This document shows positions 19,353 through 29,876 of a DNA stretch of 50,844 nucleotides, piece after piece. The stretch is taken from the NCBI GenBank assembly GCA_029862885.1, contig JAOTWM010000001.1, positions 1-50,844 on the forward strand, in the 5' to 3' direction. The notes beneath the pieces were generated by a model. It saw only the letters and a list, made by a program, of their open reading frames with translations, had not been told where the DNA came from and did no database searches. A program made the translations under genes and the position numbers. This DNA comes from Gammaproteobacteria bacterium (GTDB taxonomy: Bacteria; Pseudomonadota; Gammaproteobacteria; Arenicellales; JAOTWM01). Position 1 is the first letter of the stretch. Each line of letters starts with the position of its first letter.

Positions 19353-21455
19353 ATGCTGTTCGGACTTACCGGCGTAGAACTCGCACTGATCATCGTATTT
19401 GTCTGTTTGTTCGCCGGCATTCTTTCGGGTTTTCCGGTCGCTTTCGCAATCTCCGGCGCGGCCATCATCAGCTTCACCCTTATCGCCATACTCAGCGAAA
19501 ATGGGCTGCTTTACGTCATCGAGGAATACAACGGCACGGCGCGGCAGGTTCCAGTCCTTGCACAGGGATGGGAGAAGGCCATACTTTCCACGCTTTCGAC
19601 CTGGTCACAGGGCGTTTTCTCACGTGCCTTTGGCGGCAACGTCGAAACGCTGCTGGCGGTGCCGCTGTTTGTACTGATGGGCATTGCGCTGGAGCGCTCG
19701 CGCATCGCGGAAGAACTGTTGACGACGATGGCCCAGCTGTTTGGCACACTGCCAGGCGGCCTGGCCATTGCGGTAGTCTTTGTCGGCACCCTGCTGGCTG
19801 CGTCGACCGGTGTCGTCGGTGCTACCGTGGTCACCATGGGCCTGATCGCGCTGCCCACCATGCTGCGCCACGGCTATTCCAAACCGCTTGCGACCGGCGT
19901 CATCGCGACTTCCGGTACGCTCGGGCAGATCATCCCGCCATCGATCGTCATCGTGCTTTTGGGTTCCATCGTTGGCGATATGTACTCCATTGGCCAGGAG
20001 GCCCGGGCCAAGGAACTCGGCGTTTCGGTGCTGGAAATGCTGGGCGAGCCCGCCGTTCTATCGACTGGCACCCTGTTCAGGGCGGCCTTCATTCCGGGGC
20101 TGTTTCTTGCCCTGCTATACGCCGGTTATTCGTTCGGATTCGCGCTGCTTCGTCCGCGCAGTGCGCCGCCGGTCAAATCCTTCGCAGACCACAGCTACAA
20201 TTTGCGGGGCTACTACAATAACAGCCCCTACCTCATGGTGGGGGCGGTGCTCGGGCCGTTGCTGGTGCTGGTGCTGCTATGGATGGTCCTCACGAGTTTT
20301 GGCGTTGTCGGTTCACAGATCATCGTCGAAAATCAGATCACCGCGCCGATCTCACATGGGGTCATGGCGATGCTGACGATTGTCGGATTTATTCTGTGCC
20401 TGGCGATGGCGCTGCGCCCCCATCATCGGGCGAAGCCGGTTCTCATCGGATTGCTGGGACTTGCGGCTATGGTTCTGATCGATGCGTTTGTGGTCAGCGC
20501 CGAACATTCCAGCGGTACCCGATTTCTATACCACGCGCTACCGGCGGTCGCTGCGATTTATGGACTGCGTGCAGCGCTGCCACGGCTGATGGAAGTAGAA
20601 GCACTGCGCGTCGTCTCACCCCCCGTGATCCTTATCGTCGCCGTGCTCGGCTCTATTCTGGGCGGCATCACCAATCCGACTCCCGCCGCTGCGCTGGGCG
20701 CGGCCGGTGCCATCATGCTGGCCGCCTCCCGGCGCCTTAGAAACGATCATCAGCGCGGGCGTATAATTATTTGGTCCGCCGTCTCGATAATTATCATGCT
20801 TCTCCTGCGCGGGAACTTCGACCTGCGCATGACCATCGATGAGATTTCTTTCGAGGACCGGATCGCCATCTGGGTCGCCATCGTCGCCTATCATGTGGCC
20901 ATGTTCGGATTGCTGTTCTCCTGTTGGGTCTTGATCAAGGACGGCACCATGAAACCGGTCGTGCAAGAGACGACCAAGGTCACCTGCATGGTTTTCGTCA
21001 TTTTGATCGCTTCTTTGTTCCTGAGCCTTTCGATCCGCACCTTCGGCGGCGAGCATTACATCCAGGAAATCCTGCGTTCCTTTGAGGACCCGAGAGTGCT
21101 TCTGCTGGTCGTCATGGCCGTGCTTTTCGTGCTCGGGTTCGTACTGGATTTCATCGAGATTATTTTCATCGTGATTCCCATCGTCGGTCCGGTCATCTAC
21201 AGCGCCGACCCCGTGCTGATGCCGCCGGAATGGATTACGATTCTCATCGCGATCAACCTGCAAACATCATTCATCACGCCGCCTTTTGGCTTTGCCTTGT
21301 TCTACCTGCGCGGCGTCGCCCCTCCATCGGTCACCACCGGTGATATCTATCGTGGGGTGGTCCCTTTTGTGATAATCCAAGTGATCGGACTCATCATCCT
21401 CTGGTACTTTCCGGTCATCACCACCTTTCTGCCGGACCTGTTGCCCAAAAATTAG
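19353..21455 (+). CDS. dctM: TRAP transporter large permease (DctM family), long form
   Basis: 700 aa and highly hydrophobic, with DctM-type strings (LLAVPLFVLMGIALERSRIAEEL, TSGTLGQIIPPSI, FGFALFYLRGVAP). Confidence 0.85.
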   Translation: MLFGLTGVELALIIVFVCLFAGILSGFPVAFAISGAAIISFTLIAILSENGLLYVIEEYNGTARQVPVLAQGWEKAILSTLSTWSQGVFSRAFGGNVETLLAVPLFVLMGIALERSRIAEELLTTMAQLFGTLPGGLAIAVVFVGTLLAASTGVVGATVVTMGLIALPTMLRHGYSKPLATGVIATSGTLGQIIPPSIVIVLLGSIVGDMYSIGQEARAKELGVSVLEMLGEPAVLSTGTLFRAAFIPGLFLALLYAGYSFGFALLRPRSAPPVKSFADHSYNLRGYYNNSPYLMVGAVLGPLLVLVLLWMVLTSFGVVGSQIIVENQITAPISHGVMAMLTIVGFILCLAMALRPHHRAKPVLIGLLGLAAMVLIDAFVVSAEHSSGTRFLYHALPAVAAIYGLRAALPRLMEVEALRVVSPPVILIVAVLGSILGGITNPTPAAALGAAGAIMLAASRRLRNDHQRGRIIIWSAVSIIIMLLLRGNFDLRMTIDEISFEDRIAIWVAIVAYHVAMFGLLFSCWVLIKDGTMKPVVQETTKVTCMVFVILIASLFLSLSIRTFGGEHYIQEILRSFEDPRVLLLVVMAVLFVLGFVLDFIEIIFIVIPIVGPVIYSADPVLMPPEWITILIAINLQTSFITPPFGFALFYLRGVAPPSVTTGDIYRGVVPFVIIQVIGLIILWYFPVITTFLPDLLPKN

Positions 21456-21733
21456 GGTCGTGAGATCCGACCTGGGGAGCCCATCTAGCGCTCATGGCAG
21501 CGTATTTCACGAAAAACGGGAATGCGCGCTTACCGGTAAGCGTGAAGAACTACCGGCAAAGAAAATTGCTCGCAATCAGAATCAGCACCACCCGTAAAAT
21601 CGTGACGACCATGCCCAAGTGAGCGCCTCGGTCACGGATCTAGGTCAGCAGGGTCACCATAGGCTAGACCGGCACCTCAGGCACCCAGACATACCCGTCC
21701 GCGGCTCCAGTCCACCTTGACGAAATACTCAGG

Positions 21734-21916
21734 CTAACTCTCGTGTCGTCCACTTTCGACATATAATTGGCGAGCGGCAAGATTATCACCGAAACGGTCA
21801 CTGCTGCGGATTTCTATCCCGAGCTTCACTTCATTGTCGTCGACGCTCAACACAAAGATTTCGACATCATCGTTTCGAACGATCACATCACCGACTTGGC
21901 GGGTAATTATCTGCAT
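21734..21916 (-). CDS. Divergent CsrA/RsmA-like small protein
   Basis: 60 aa from the ATG preceded by AAGGAGGTGCAT. MQIITRQVGDVIVRNDDVEIFVLSVDDNEVKLGIEI aligns with the CsrA N-terminus [36 protein letters not shown]. The C-terminal half lacks the VHREEI motif. Confidence 0.55.
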   Translation of the reverse strand: MQIITRQVGDVIVRNDDVEIFVLSVDDNEVKLGIEIRSSDRFGDNLAARQLYVESGRHES

Positions 21917-22389
21917 ATGCACCTCCTTTTGATTCGTTCTTCCATTATGCTCGCGCGGCTATAAAGGCGATGTGAGAAAAATCACCAATACAATCAATTT
22001 GCGTATCAATTACTCATCGGCACTCGGATTTTTCTCTGACTTTGACTGAGAAATTGCGTAGGCTGGCGCGACTCGGAAGGAAAAATCATTGCCATCGCGA
22101 TGACTTGACCGAACAACACAATTTAAACAACGGTTACTGCATCAAAAGAGGCGACAAAACCTGAATCGTTATATTGGAAAATTCAGAGCGAATATAACCG
22201 TAGTATTTCTTTCAGTTTTGAAACCAGTTGTTACGGACCCCTATACCCAGTGACGTCCGAGCAAGAGTGGGTACCGTGAGGTGGTACCCCCAGGTCCGGA
22301 TTTCAAGCGCACACAGGCCTTGCTCCGGTGGCCGACATGCCCACTGCACTCATGCTGGAGAACCCGCGCGGTCCTCACTGCGAGACACC

Positions 22390-24777
22390 TTACTCGGCCA
22401 TTTTACTCAACGTCTCCCTGGCATCCTGCGAATCGCGTTCAGTCAGTTTTCCGACCAGGGCCTTCTCCAAGTAGCGACGGGCAGCGCTCGTGTCTCCGCT
22501 TTGATATAGCGCCATGCCGAGGTGGTAGTTGATGGTCGGATCGTCCGGGATTTGCCGTACGATCCCCTCAAGAATCTCCACCGCTGCCTCGGGTTCGCCG
22601 GCCTTAAGCCGCACCCAGGCGATTGTGTCGCCATAGGGCGCGAATCTTGTGCCTTCGAGCACCGCCGCAAGAGCCTTCGCTCGCTCCAGGCTCTGATCGT
22701 CCTCTCGAACCGTGACCAGCAACATTGCCAGGTTGTTGGCCGCCTGCTTGGATTGAGGGCTCTTTTCGAGCACGGCCTCGTATTGGGCGATGGCGGCCTC
22801 GGTTTGACCAAGTCGCTCGTGAATAAACCCAAGCTCAGTGCCCAATTTGGGGTCGTTCCCGGTAGCCGCAATACCCTCGCGATACAACGCTATCGCCTGC
22901 TCCGATCTACCTTCAGAGAACAGTAGCCGGCCGAGATTCCGGTAAGGCACCAGCGCCTTCGGCCGCGTCGCGATCGCCTTACGATAGGCAGCAACGGCCT
23001 CGTCGATTTTCTTGTCGCGACTCAGCAAGCCACCGAGCAGCAGGTTCGCATCGAACTGTTCCGGATCATGCTCCAACGCCGTCTTCACCGCTATCAGTGC
23101 CTCATCAAACCGCTCTTGAGCCGCGTAGCTCTTGGCCATCTGGGCACGCACGGGCGCTAAATTGGGCTCCCGATCGAGTGCCTGTTGGAACCATTTGATG
23201 CTTTCGCCGAACTGCTTGCGGGACTGATTGACCGCTCCCGTAGCGTAGTAACCGAAGTAATGATCGGGATATGCCGTTAGCAGCCGTTGCGCGGTCTGTT
23301 CGACACCGTCCATGTCCTGCTCATTGATCTGGATTGTGATAAGGGCCTCCAAAGCCTGAAAATTATCCGGCTTCTGTTCAAGAAATTTGTTCAGGACTTT
23401 CTTCGCCGCGTCTCGCTCATTCGATCGATCGAGTATTCGAGCCAGAGGGAGCGCCGCATTCGCATTCCCCGGGTTCGCCGCCACCGCCTTCTCGAGATTG
23501 AGCTTGGCCAAACCCCCCTCGCGTTTTAGAAAGTGCGCTTTGGAGAGAAGAACCAGGGCCTCGGAGGAGTTCGGCCGGTCGCGCAGCAGCGTTCGCAGAT
23601 CGGAAACCGCCCGGTCCGGGTCGTTATTCGCTATCGCAAGCTTGCCACTGATCAGCAATGCGTCACCATCACGCGGATTGCGCTCGAGAACCTCTTTGAT
23701 GAGAGTCTCCACCTCTGAAAATTGCTTCTTGGCAAGCAATAGATCGGCTAACTTGTTTCGCGCTTGAAGACCATATTGCCCGGTTCCGTCACCCTCAATG
23801 ATGTTGCGGTAGACCTTTTCGGCTTCTTCTCCTTTAACGGTAGCTACGTAAAGCTTAGCGAGCGATTCCTGTAGCTCGTATGCGGTTGGATCCGCCTCTA
23901 TGAAGCGCCGCAGCTCTTGCTCCGCCGGGTCCCAGCCGCGTTTTTTCGCCAGAAAATCGACCAGCACGAGTTTGGCACGGTTCGAGTCAGGTTGTGCCTG
24001 CAGGGCCTCACGCAATACGCGCTCGGCGTCGTCGAGCCGACCCTGTTTGACGTACAAGGCGGCCAGACGCGCCCGGTGCGACAGGTTTTCAGGGTCCAAT
24101 GCGATGATCTCCTGGAGGGCGTCGACCGTCTGATCGCTGTCACCCCACGCGTCGGCCAGCTTGGCTCTGACCTGCCGTAGCGTGATGTCCTCGGGATGTG
24201 CTTCGATTCCTTTGGTCAACATTTCCATGCTGTCTTGAACGCGGTCGGTCGCCGAATACGCCAGGGCAAGAAAAGTCATTGCATCGGCGTGGTCTGGATC
24301 AGCGGCGAGCGCCTGCTCGGCCGTCTCCACGGCGCCCTTGTCGTCTCCCTGTAGTCTGATTGCAGCCGCACGCAGCATCAGGCCATCCGGATCGTTTGGA
24401 TCGTGGTTCAGCAGAGCCTCGGCCGATTCCATGATCTTGTCGATTTTTCCGGCTTTAACGTAGAGGCGCCCGAGCCGGGCGTGGGCTGCGATATGCGCCG
24501 GCTCGAGCTTGACGACACGACTGTAATTGGTGAATGCGGCCCTCCAACTCCCCTCTTTCTCGGCAAGCTGTCCAAGCATGTACAGACTTTCCGTGTTCTG
24601 CGGATCGATTTGAAGGACATTCTTGAACTCAAGCTTCGCTTTGACAAATTCCCCAGCCTCGTAAAGCTCCGTCGCTTTGTCAAAGTGCTTTACTTTTCGG
24701 TCCTCCGCACCACCGCATCCAGCTAGCAACGCAAGGGCGAACACAAAACCGATTGCGCGCAGTCCATTTGATTTCAT
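22390..24777 (-). CDS. prsT: PEP-CTERM/exosortase-system TPR-repeat lipoprotein (PrsT-like)
   Basis: 795 aa with a lipobox (LALLAGCGG) and wall-to-wall TPR repeats. It lies directly downstream, on the minus strand, of the initiating transferase and exosortase genes. Confidence 0.7.
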   Translation of the reverse strand: MKSNGLRAIGFVFALALLAGCGGAEDRKVKHFDKATELYEAGEFVKAKLEFKNVLQIDPQNTESLYMLGQLAEKEGSWRAAFTNYSRVVKLEPAHIAAHARLGRLYVKAGKIDKIMESAEALLNHDPNDPDGLMLRAAAIRLQGDDKGAVETAEQALAADPDHADAMTFLALAYSATDRVQDSMEMLTKGIEAHPEDITLRQVRAKLADAWGDSDQTVDALQEIIALDPENLSHRARLAALYVKQGRLDDAERVLREALQAQPDSNRAKLVLVDFLAKKRGWDPAEQELRRFIEADPTAYELQESLAKLYVATVKGEEAEKVYRNIIEGDGTGQYGLQARNKLADLLLAKKQFSEVETLIKEVLERNPRDGDALLISGKLAIANNDPDRAVSDLRTLLRDRPNSSEALVLLSKAHFLKREGGLAKLNLEKAVAANPGNANAALPLARILDRSNERDAAKKVLNKFLEQKPDNFQALEALITIQINEQDMDGVEQTAQRLLTAYPDHYFGYYATGAVNQSRKQFGESIKWFQQALDREPNLAPVRAQMAKSYAAQERFDEALIAVKTALEHDPEQFDANLLLGGLLSRDKKIDEAVAAYRKAIATRPKALVPYRNLGRLLFSEGRSEQAIALYREGIAATGNDPKLGTELGFIHERLGQTEAAIAQYEAVLEKSPQSKQAANNLAMLLVTVREDDQSLERAKALAAVLEGTRFAPYGDTIAWVRLKAGEPEAAVEILEGIVRQIPDDPTINYHLGMALYQSGDTSAARRYLEKALVGKLTERDSQDARETLSKMAE

Positions 24778-24871
24778 CGTTCGAACACCCTCAACAACAA
24801 TTGGAATTTATACCTTTCATTTTTAGCACTTATCGACCGGAATTGAAACGGCTATAAACCCGCGAAACTCG

Positions 24872-26518
24872 CTACATAAGACCCCGCGCCGAAACTAGCC
24901 CCATGGAAATCAACGATGCGATATTAAGCACGGTCCAGCGCCGCCGCGCCGTACTCAGCAGCACCTCGCAACCGTACACCAGCACGATCGCTTGAACAGC
25001 CATAACCCCGAAATCACCGTTTAGCAATCCTTTAGTATCTACAATGACAACACCGATCACAGCGCAGACAATCAGATAATCGAGCGGCGTCGGTTTGAGG
25101 ATTTCGCGATCGTCGAAACGTACAGTGACCGCGATCGCAACAATAATTGCACCAAAGAACGCTGTCATCCACCATTCGTGCTCCCGCAGCAATTCGGGTG
25201 TGTGGGCGATGCCAAGATATACCGTGAAGACCGCGCTAACGTAGACGATTCCACGCACTATAATCGAGGTGGCCCGATTGCCGAATGACAAATCGAGCAA
25301 CAAAACTACGAACAGCACCGTCGCCACGACTCCCATGTCATATGGCAACTCACCGGCGGTAGCACTGATCGAGACCATGAATCCCGGTATGATGCACCGC
25401 AGCCCGGCGAGCGGCCAAGTGGCGAACCGTCGATGGTCCTTCACCGCGCTGACAGCGCGAAAAAACACACTCGTTTGGCGGTGCCTGTGGGCGTGCCAGT
25501 CACGCCGCTCCGCGACGGTCAGAGCGAGAAAGACCGCGCACACGATGGCGACATACAGACCGAGGATCAATCCGTCCGACTCGTAGCGCAACACGACCGC
25601 GAGCACGACGAGCAGCGCCTGGATGGAATAGATCACCACGACCGATTCATGGTGGGCGAATCCCCGCGCCAGCAGGCGGTGGTGAATATGGTTCTTTGAC
25701 GCCCGGAACCAGTTCATGCCGTGACGGATGCGTAGATAGAACACCGCAAGGATGTCGCTTATCGGAAGTCCCAGAAGTAAGGCAGGAACAGCGGCGCTCA
25801 GGGCCGGGTTGATCTTCTGGGTCAAGAAGACCGCGAGAATACCCAATGTAAGCCCCAGCACCTGGCTGCCCGCGTCGCCCATGAATATGCGCGCGGGAAA
25901 GGTATTAAAGCGCAAGAATCCCAGCACCCCGCCCACCATGGCCAAAGCGATAATTACCGCCCCGGCATGCCCCGCTAGGTGGGCGAGATACGCGATCGCA
26001 ACCAACGACAGCATCGACTCGCCGCCCGCCAAACCGTCAAGGCCATCCGAATGATTAATGGCGTTAATCATGCCGACCATCGCGAAAATCGTGAACGGTA
26101 TTCCGAATCCCGCGGGTACGGCCTCCCATCCAAACGGCAGTCGCGTAATGTACAAATCACCGTACAAAACCACGATCAGAACCGCGATCAGTTGGCCGGC
26201 GAATTTGGCGTAATGCCCGAGCTCTTTAATGTCATCCCAAACACCAACGGCAACCAACACCGCGGCCCCGGCGAGATAGGATTGCGTGAGTCGATCCAAC
26301 GGCAGCCAGATCAGTATTGCGACCAGACCCCCGATGACTATCGCGAGGCCACCGACTCGCGGCACGGGGGTGGTGTGAACCTTGCGCGGGTCCGGCCGGT
26401 CCATCAGTCCGAAGCGCGGCGCCACGCGGACCAGCAACGGAATCAGCGCCATGCAGATCGTCAGGGCGATGCAAACAGGAAGCAGGTAGTTCGCTCCGAC
26501 GATCATTTGCTCGCGCAA
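24872..26518 (-). CDS. MraY/WecA-family polyprenyl-phosphate hexose-1-P/HexNAc-1-P transferase with ~230-aa C-terminal membrane extension
   Basis: 548 aa with the strings GLMDRPDPRKVHTTPVPRVGG, WDDIKEL, NAINHSDGLDGLAGG, FMGDAGSQVLG and NHIHHRL. These are followed by extra TM helices. Confidence 0.8.
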   Translation of the reverse strand: MREQMIVGANYLLPVCIALTICMALIPLLVRVAPRFGLMDRPDPRKVHTTPVPRVGGLAIVIGGLVAILIWLPLDRLTQSYLAGAAVLVAVGVWDDIKELGHYAKFAGQLIAVLIVVLYGDLYITRLPFGWEAVPAGFGIPFTIFAMVGMINAINHSDGLDGLAGGESMLSLVAIAYLAHLAGHAGAVIIALAMVGGVLGFLRFNTFPARIFMGDAGSQVLGLTLGILAVFLTQKINPALSAAVPALLLGLPISDILAVFYLRIRHGMNWFRASKNHIHHRLLARGFAHHESVVVIYSIQALLVVLAVVLRYESDGLILGLYVAIVCAVFLALTVAERRDWHAHRHRQTSVFFRAVSAVKDHRRFATWPLAGLRCIIPGFMVSISATAGELPYDMGVVATVLFVVLLLDLSFGNRATSIIVRGIVYVSAVFTVYLGIAHTPELLREHEWWMTAFFGAIIVAIAVTVRFDDREILKPTPLDYLIVCAVIGVVIVDTKGLLNGDFGVMAVQAIVLVYGCEVLLSTARRRWTVLNIASLISMGLVSARGLM

Positions 26519-26524
26519 CCGATC

Positions 26525-28084
26525 TTACTTAGGTATGTAATCATGCAAAAGCGGGATGGTAGATCGTGCAAATTGTCGAAGACGCCGGTCCCCCGCTTCA
26601 ATGGACTCTCGGCTGTCGATAGGCGTTGTGAGCCGGACCAGTGCACCATCCGTCCGGTTTTTGGTCAGAGCATCCGCCAACAAGTACCACTTCACAAGAT
26701 ATTCGTTTGCCATCAGGCGGCCGCGCTGCTGGAACCAGTAATAGACGAGCTGCCGCTGCTCGCCTCGTTTGATGATGACCCGGTTAAAATTCAACGCCGG
26801 CCCGCCACTCTGATCCAGGTCGAGCTGTTCGCGGCTCAGCGACGCGATCTGCCAGCCCCCACCAGGGATGCAGACCCGCGGCGAATGCGGAGACGTACCC
26901 TTGCGTTGGCTTTCGTAATAAGCCACGTATAGATTGAGAACATCGCCCGCAGGGTGCGTGTAGTTCGCCAGCAGGTAGTCGGTCAGACTGAGAATATCCA
27001 GAACCGGCTGCGTAATGTGATCCGGTTGGCCACGCCACTCGTCCAGCGTGAGGGGGAAAGTGCCCAAGGAAGCCCGAGAAGGCACCTTTTCGGAACGCTC
27101 TGCGATCGAATAGCCGGAGATCGCCACTGCGAAAACTACCAGTGTGGAGAACAAAAACGCGGTCGGCAACGTGTGCAGTGGCTGACTTGCAGAGGGTTTA
27201 TCGGGCGGCGAGCTTGCGCCCATGTCGAACATTCCCCAACCCGTGGGGTCACCCTTTCCGATCGGTGCGAGCAACCACATCTCCGCGAATAGCACCACAA
27301 CGCACGCCATGAAAATGAACCACCCCTCGAAGTCATGCAGGAATCCCTGCGCAGCCTCGATACCGACCTTGTCCGTCAGCACACCGATGATGCCGATCCG
27401 AAAACTGTTCATAAAAATGGTGATTGGAATGGTCGATAAGAACAACACGGCCTTCTTCCAGAAGCGCGCCCGCCAGATGTACGCGCAGATGAATCCAAAA
27501 CTCATCAGCGGATAAAGGTACCGCAGCCCGCTGCAGGCTTCGACGACCTGGAGCTTGTACACACCGAGGTCGATGACGTTGCCCTCGAGATAGACGGGTA
27601 TGTCGAATACGCGGATGACCGCAACGCCAATTCCGGAGGACAGTAACTGAAGCTCACCGGACAGATCCGAATCGATGAAATACGGGAGGGGAATCGCAAA
27701 CAACAGCAGCAGAATCGGAACCAGTACGATACGCAGTCCGCGCCACCCCATCAGCGCGAGGGCAAGGCCCAGCAGCATCGCGACAAGCGCGTAGTGGATC
27801 AGCAGGAACAAAGCGGTCAATTCGCCGAGCAGAGCAATTATAGCGCTTACGACGACGACCACTGCCCCAGTCCAGGACGGCTGGAACTGCAACACATTCA
27901 GTTCGGCGCGTTTCTGCCAGAGCAGGTAAAGACTGACAAGGACGATCAGGTAGCCGTGGCTGTACTCTTCCTGATTGTCCCAACGGCGTACCAATTCCTC
28001 AATGCCGCCTTGAAAACCGATACCGAGCGCCACGACCGATACCAGCAAAGTCCCCCAGAGCTTAAGCGCTAGCGACCCACTCAC
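26525..28084 (-). CDS. xrtA: Exosortase fused to a C-terminal EpsI-family domain
   Basis: 519 aa. Exosortase signature residues are present in context: VVEACSGLRYL (Cys), NSFRIGIIGV (Arg) and FLHDFEGW (His). The C-terminal domain carries the EpsI-type motif SPHSPRVCIPGGGW. The subtype is inferred only from the PrsT neighbour. Confidence 0.8.
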   Translation of the reverse strand: MSGSLALKLWGTLLVSVVALGIGFQGGIEELVRRWDNQEEYSHGYLIVLVSLYLLWQKRAELNVLQFQPSWTGAVVVVVSAIIALLGELTALFLLIHYALVAMLLGLALALMGWRGLRIVLVPILLLLFAIPLPYFIDSDLSGELQLLSSGIGVAVIRVFDIPVYLEGNVIDLGVYKLQVVEACSGLRYLYPLMSFGFICAYIWRARFWKKAVLFLSTIPITIFMNSFRIGIIGVLTDKVGIEAAQGFLHDFEGWFIFMACVVVLFAEMWLLAPIGKGDPTGWGMFDMGASSPPDKPSASQPLHTLPTAFLFSTLVVFAVAISGYSIAERSEKVPSRASLGTFPLTLDEWRGQPDHITQPVLDILSLTDYLLANYTHPAGDVLNLYVAYYESQRKGTSPHSPRVCIPGGGWQIASLSREQLDLDQSGGPALNFNRVIIKRGEQRQLVYYWFQQRGRLMANEYLVKWYLLADALTKNRTDGALVRLTTPIDSRESIEAGDRRLRQFARSTIPLLHDYIPK

Positions 28085-28183
28085 ATTCGCTGTACCACCG
28101 CTGTTGGAATCAATCGTTATGGCCGTTCTCTCCCAGTGGCGAGCAATTGCACCGTTTCAGTACCTCCAGGCGGGAATCGGGCC

Positions 28184-29341
28184 TCATCTTTTCGCGGCCC
28201 CGCGGATCACATCGAGTGTTTGCATTGCTGTCTTCTCCCAGCTGAATTGACTGGCGCGGTAAAGGCCCTTGCGGACGAAGGATGCATGCTCATCCTCTGA
28301 GGCTAGCAGAGCGAGGAGACCTTGGGCAATGGAATCTACGTCGAGAGGATCGAACAACACCGCGGCGTCACCGGCGATCTCGGGCATCGACGAGACGTTG
28401 GAACAAGCCACCGGCACTCCACAGGCCATCGCCTCTAGTATCGGCAGGCCGAAGCCCTCGAACAGCGAGGGAAAGACCAGCACGTCGGCGCCGCAGTACA
28501 GATCGGGGAGGTCTCGGCCGTGCACATAGCCGGTGAACAATATATGGTCATGCACGGGGGATTCCGACGCCGCGTGGCGGACCTCATCGGCTCGCACCCA
28601 GTCGGCGCCCGCGAGAACCAATTGGTGAGGGATCGCGTCACTCGCCTTGATTGACTCGAATGCGCGGATCAGCCGCACGTGGTTCTTTCCGGGGTGCTCG
28701 ATGCGGGAAACATAGATCACGTATGGGGCGCGTACACCGTACCCCCGAACGCGGTTCACGGCAGCGTCACGGTTCCGCGGGTAGAACATGTCGGTGTCGG
28801 CTGCGGAGTGAACTACCGCTACCCGATGCTCGGGCACTCCTACGTACTCGAGGAGATCGCGTTTGGTGCTCTCGCTGATAGCGATGATGCGGGTCAGCCT
28901 TTTCAGCAGCAGCGGTAGCACCCGGGTCTGGTAGAACATCCTCGCGTGGTCGTACTTTCCGGCCATGTGAAAGGGTGTCAAGTCATGGACCGTCCCAACC
29001 GTAGGGCACGGCACTCTAACCGGGGTCCGGCGACTGGCCGCGGGCAGAAACAACACGTCGAAACGCCTACGCCCGCAAACCGCGGGCAACGCGAGCTGGT
29101 GCCAGGCGATGTTGAGCATCGGGTTGCGTAACCACTCCGGGACACTTACAGCCGTCATGCATTCTGCGCTCGGCATGAACTCGTGTATCCCACTGCTGTG
29201 GGACAGAACCTCAAATGTGTCTTTACCAGGATTCGCGGCGAACTGCGCAATCAGGTTGGAGGCATATCGGCTCATACCCGATTTTAGATCGCAACCGAAA
29301 GTGGTAATCCCTATCCTCAAAGTTTCGTTTTCGAGCGACAT
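28184..29341 (-). CDS. GT4 family glycosyltransferase
   Basis: 385 aa with the C-terminal GT-B motif FPSLFEGFGLPILEAMACGVPV. Confidence 0.85.
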   Translation of the reverse strand: MSLENETLRIGITTFGCDLKSGMSRYASNLIAQFAANPGKDTFEVLSHSSGIHEFMPSAECMTAVSVPEWLRNPMLNIAWHQLALPAVCGRRRFDVLFLPAASRRTPVRVPCPTVGTVHDLTPFHMAGKYDHARMFYQTRVLPLLLKRLTRIIAISESTKRDLLEYVGVPEHRVAVVHSAADTDMFYPRNRDAAVNRVRGYGVRAPYVIYVSRIEHPGKNHVRLIRAFESIKASDAIPHQLVLAGADWVRADEVRHAASESPVHDHILFTGYVHGRDLPDLYCGADVLVFPSLFEGFGLPILEAMACGVPVACSNVSSMPEIAGDAAVLFDPLDVDSIAQGLLALLASEDEHASFVRKGLYRASQFSWEKTAMQTLDVIRGAAKR

Positions 29342-29876
29342 TGGTTGACAGGATGCGCGTTAGCGAATTCCGCACACAAACGCGGGCGACTCGCAAGCCG
29401 CGAAATATATACATCGGGTGCTTCCGTCATTACAACTTTTTCCACACGGAAGCCAATTTGCGAGCCCACCGTCCGCCTACATTGGTGACGTTCCGGATTA
29501 CGCAGGACATTGACCTATACACCCCCTGTCGCCATTGCCCTGCCCGTGTCGCGTTTGCAGGTTCAGCTCGGTGACCGAAATTGGTGACCCTGAAGGCCGA
29601 CTGGCGACGGGCTTATTCTTAGTAGTACCGAATGAAGTCTACGCATCGTACCTGTGTCGCGCAACACCATGGGGACCATTGCGAACTCGCGGGGCCAGGT
29701 CGCGGCAGCGCCCGACCTGGCTGGCTGGCACATCGAATAGCAGCATGGAGGTTTCACCGGAGAGCTTGCTTGATGTTTTGAAAGTTCTCAGTAGAATCCT
29801 GGCTTGGTGGGTCAGACTGTACCAATTCGGAATCACGTCCACGCTTCACCTGAGAATCTTCGTCAGGCGCCAGCGA

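Noticed and set aside
21527-21542. Perfect palindrome CGCTTACCGGTAAGCG downstream of dctM
   Set aside because: It is short, has no T-run and no second copy was seen in the window. Evidence is insufficient to call a terminator or operator.
22269-22289. GGGTACC-gtgaggt-GGTACCC hairpin as the prsT terminator
   Set aside because: It is a perfect 7-bp stem about 100 nt past the prsT stop, but no U-tract follows on the minus strand. Intrinsic termination is not supported, so it is left unannotated.
25979-26932. 317-aa + strand ORF spanning the WecA-like/exosortase junction
   Set aside because: It is antisense to two strongly supported minus-strand genes. Its composition is Arg/Gln/Asp-rich with no recognisable motif, so it is a shadow ORF.
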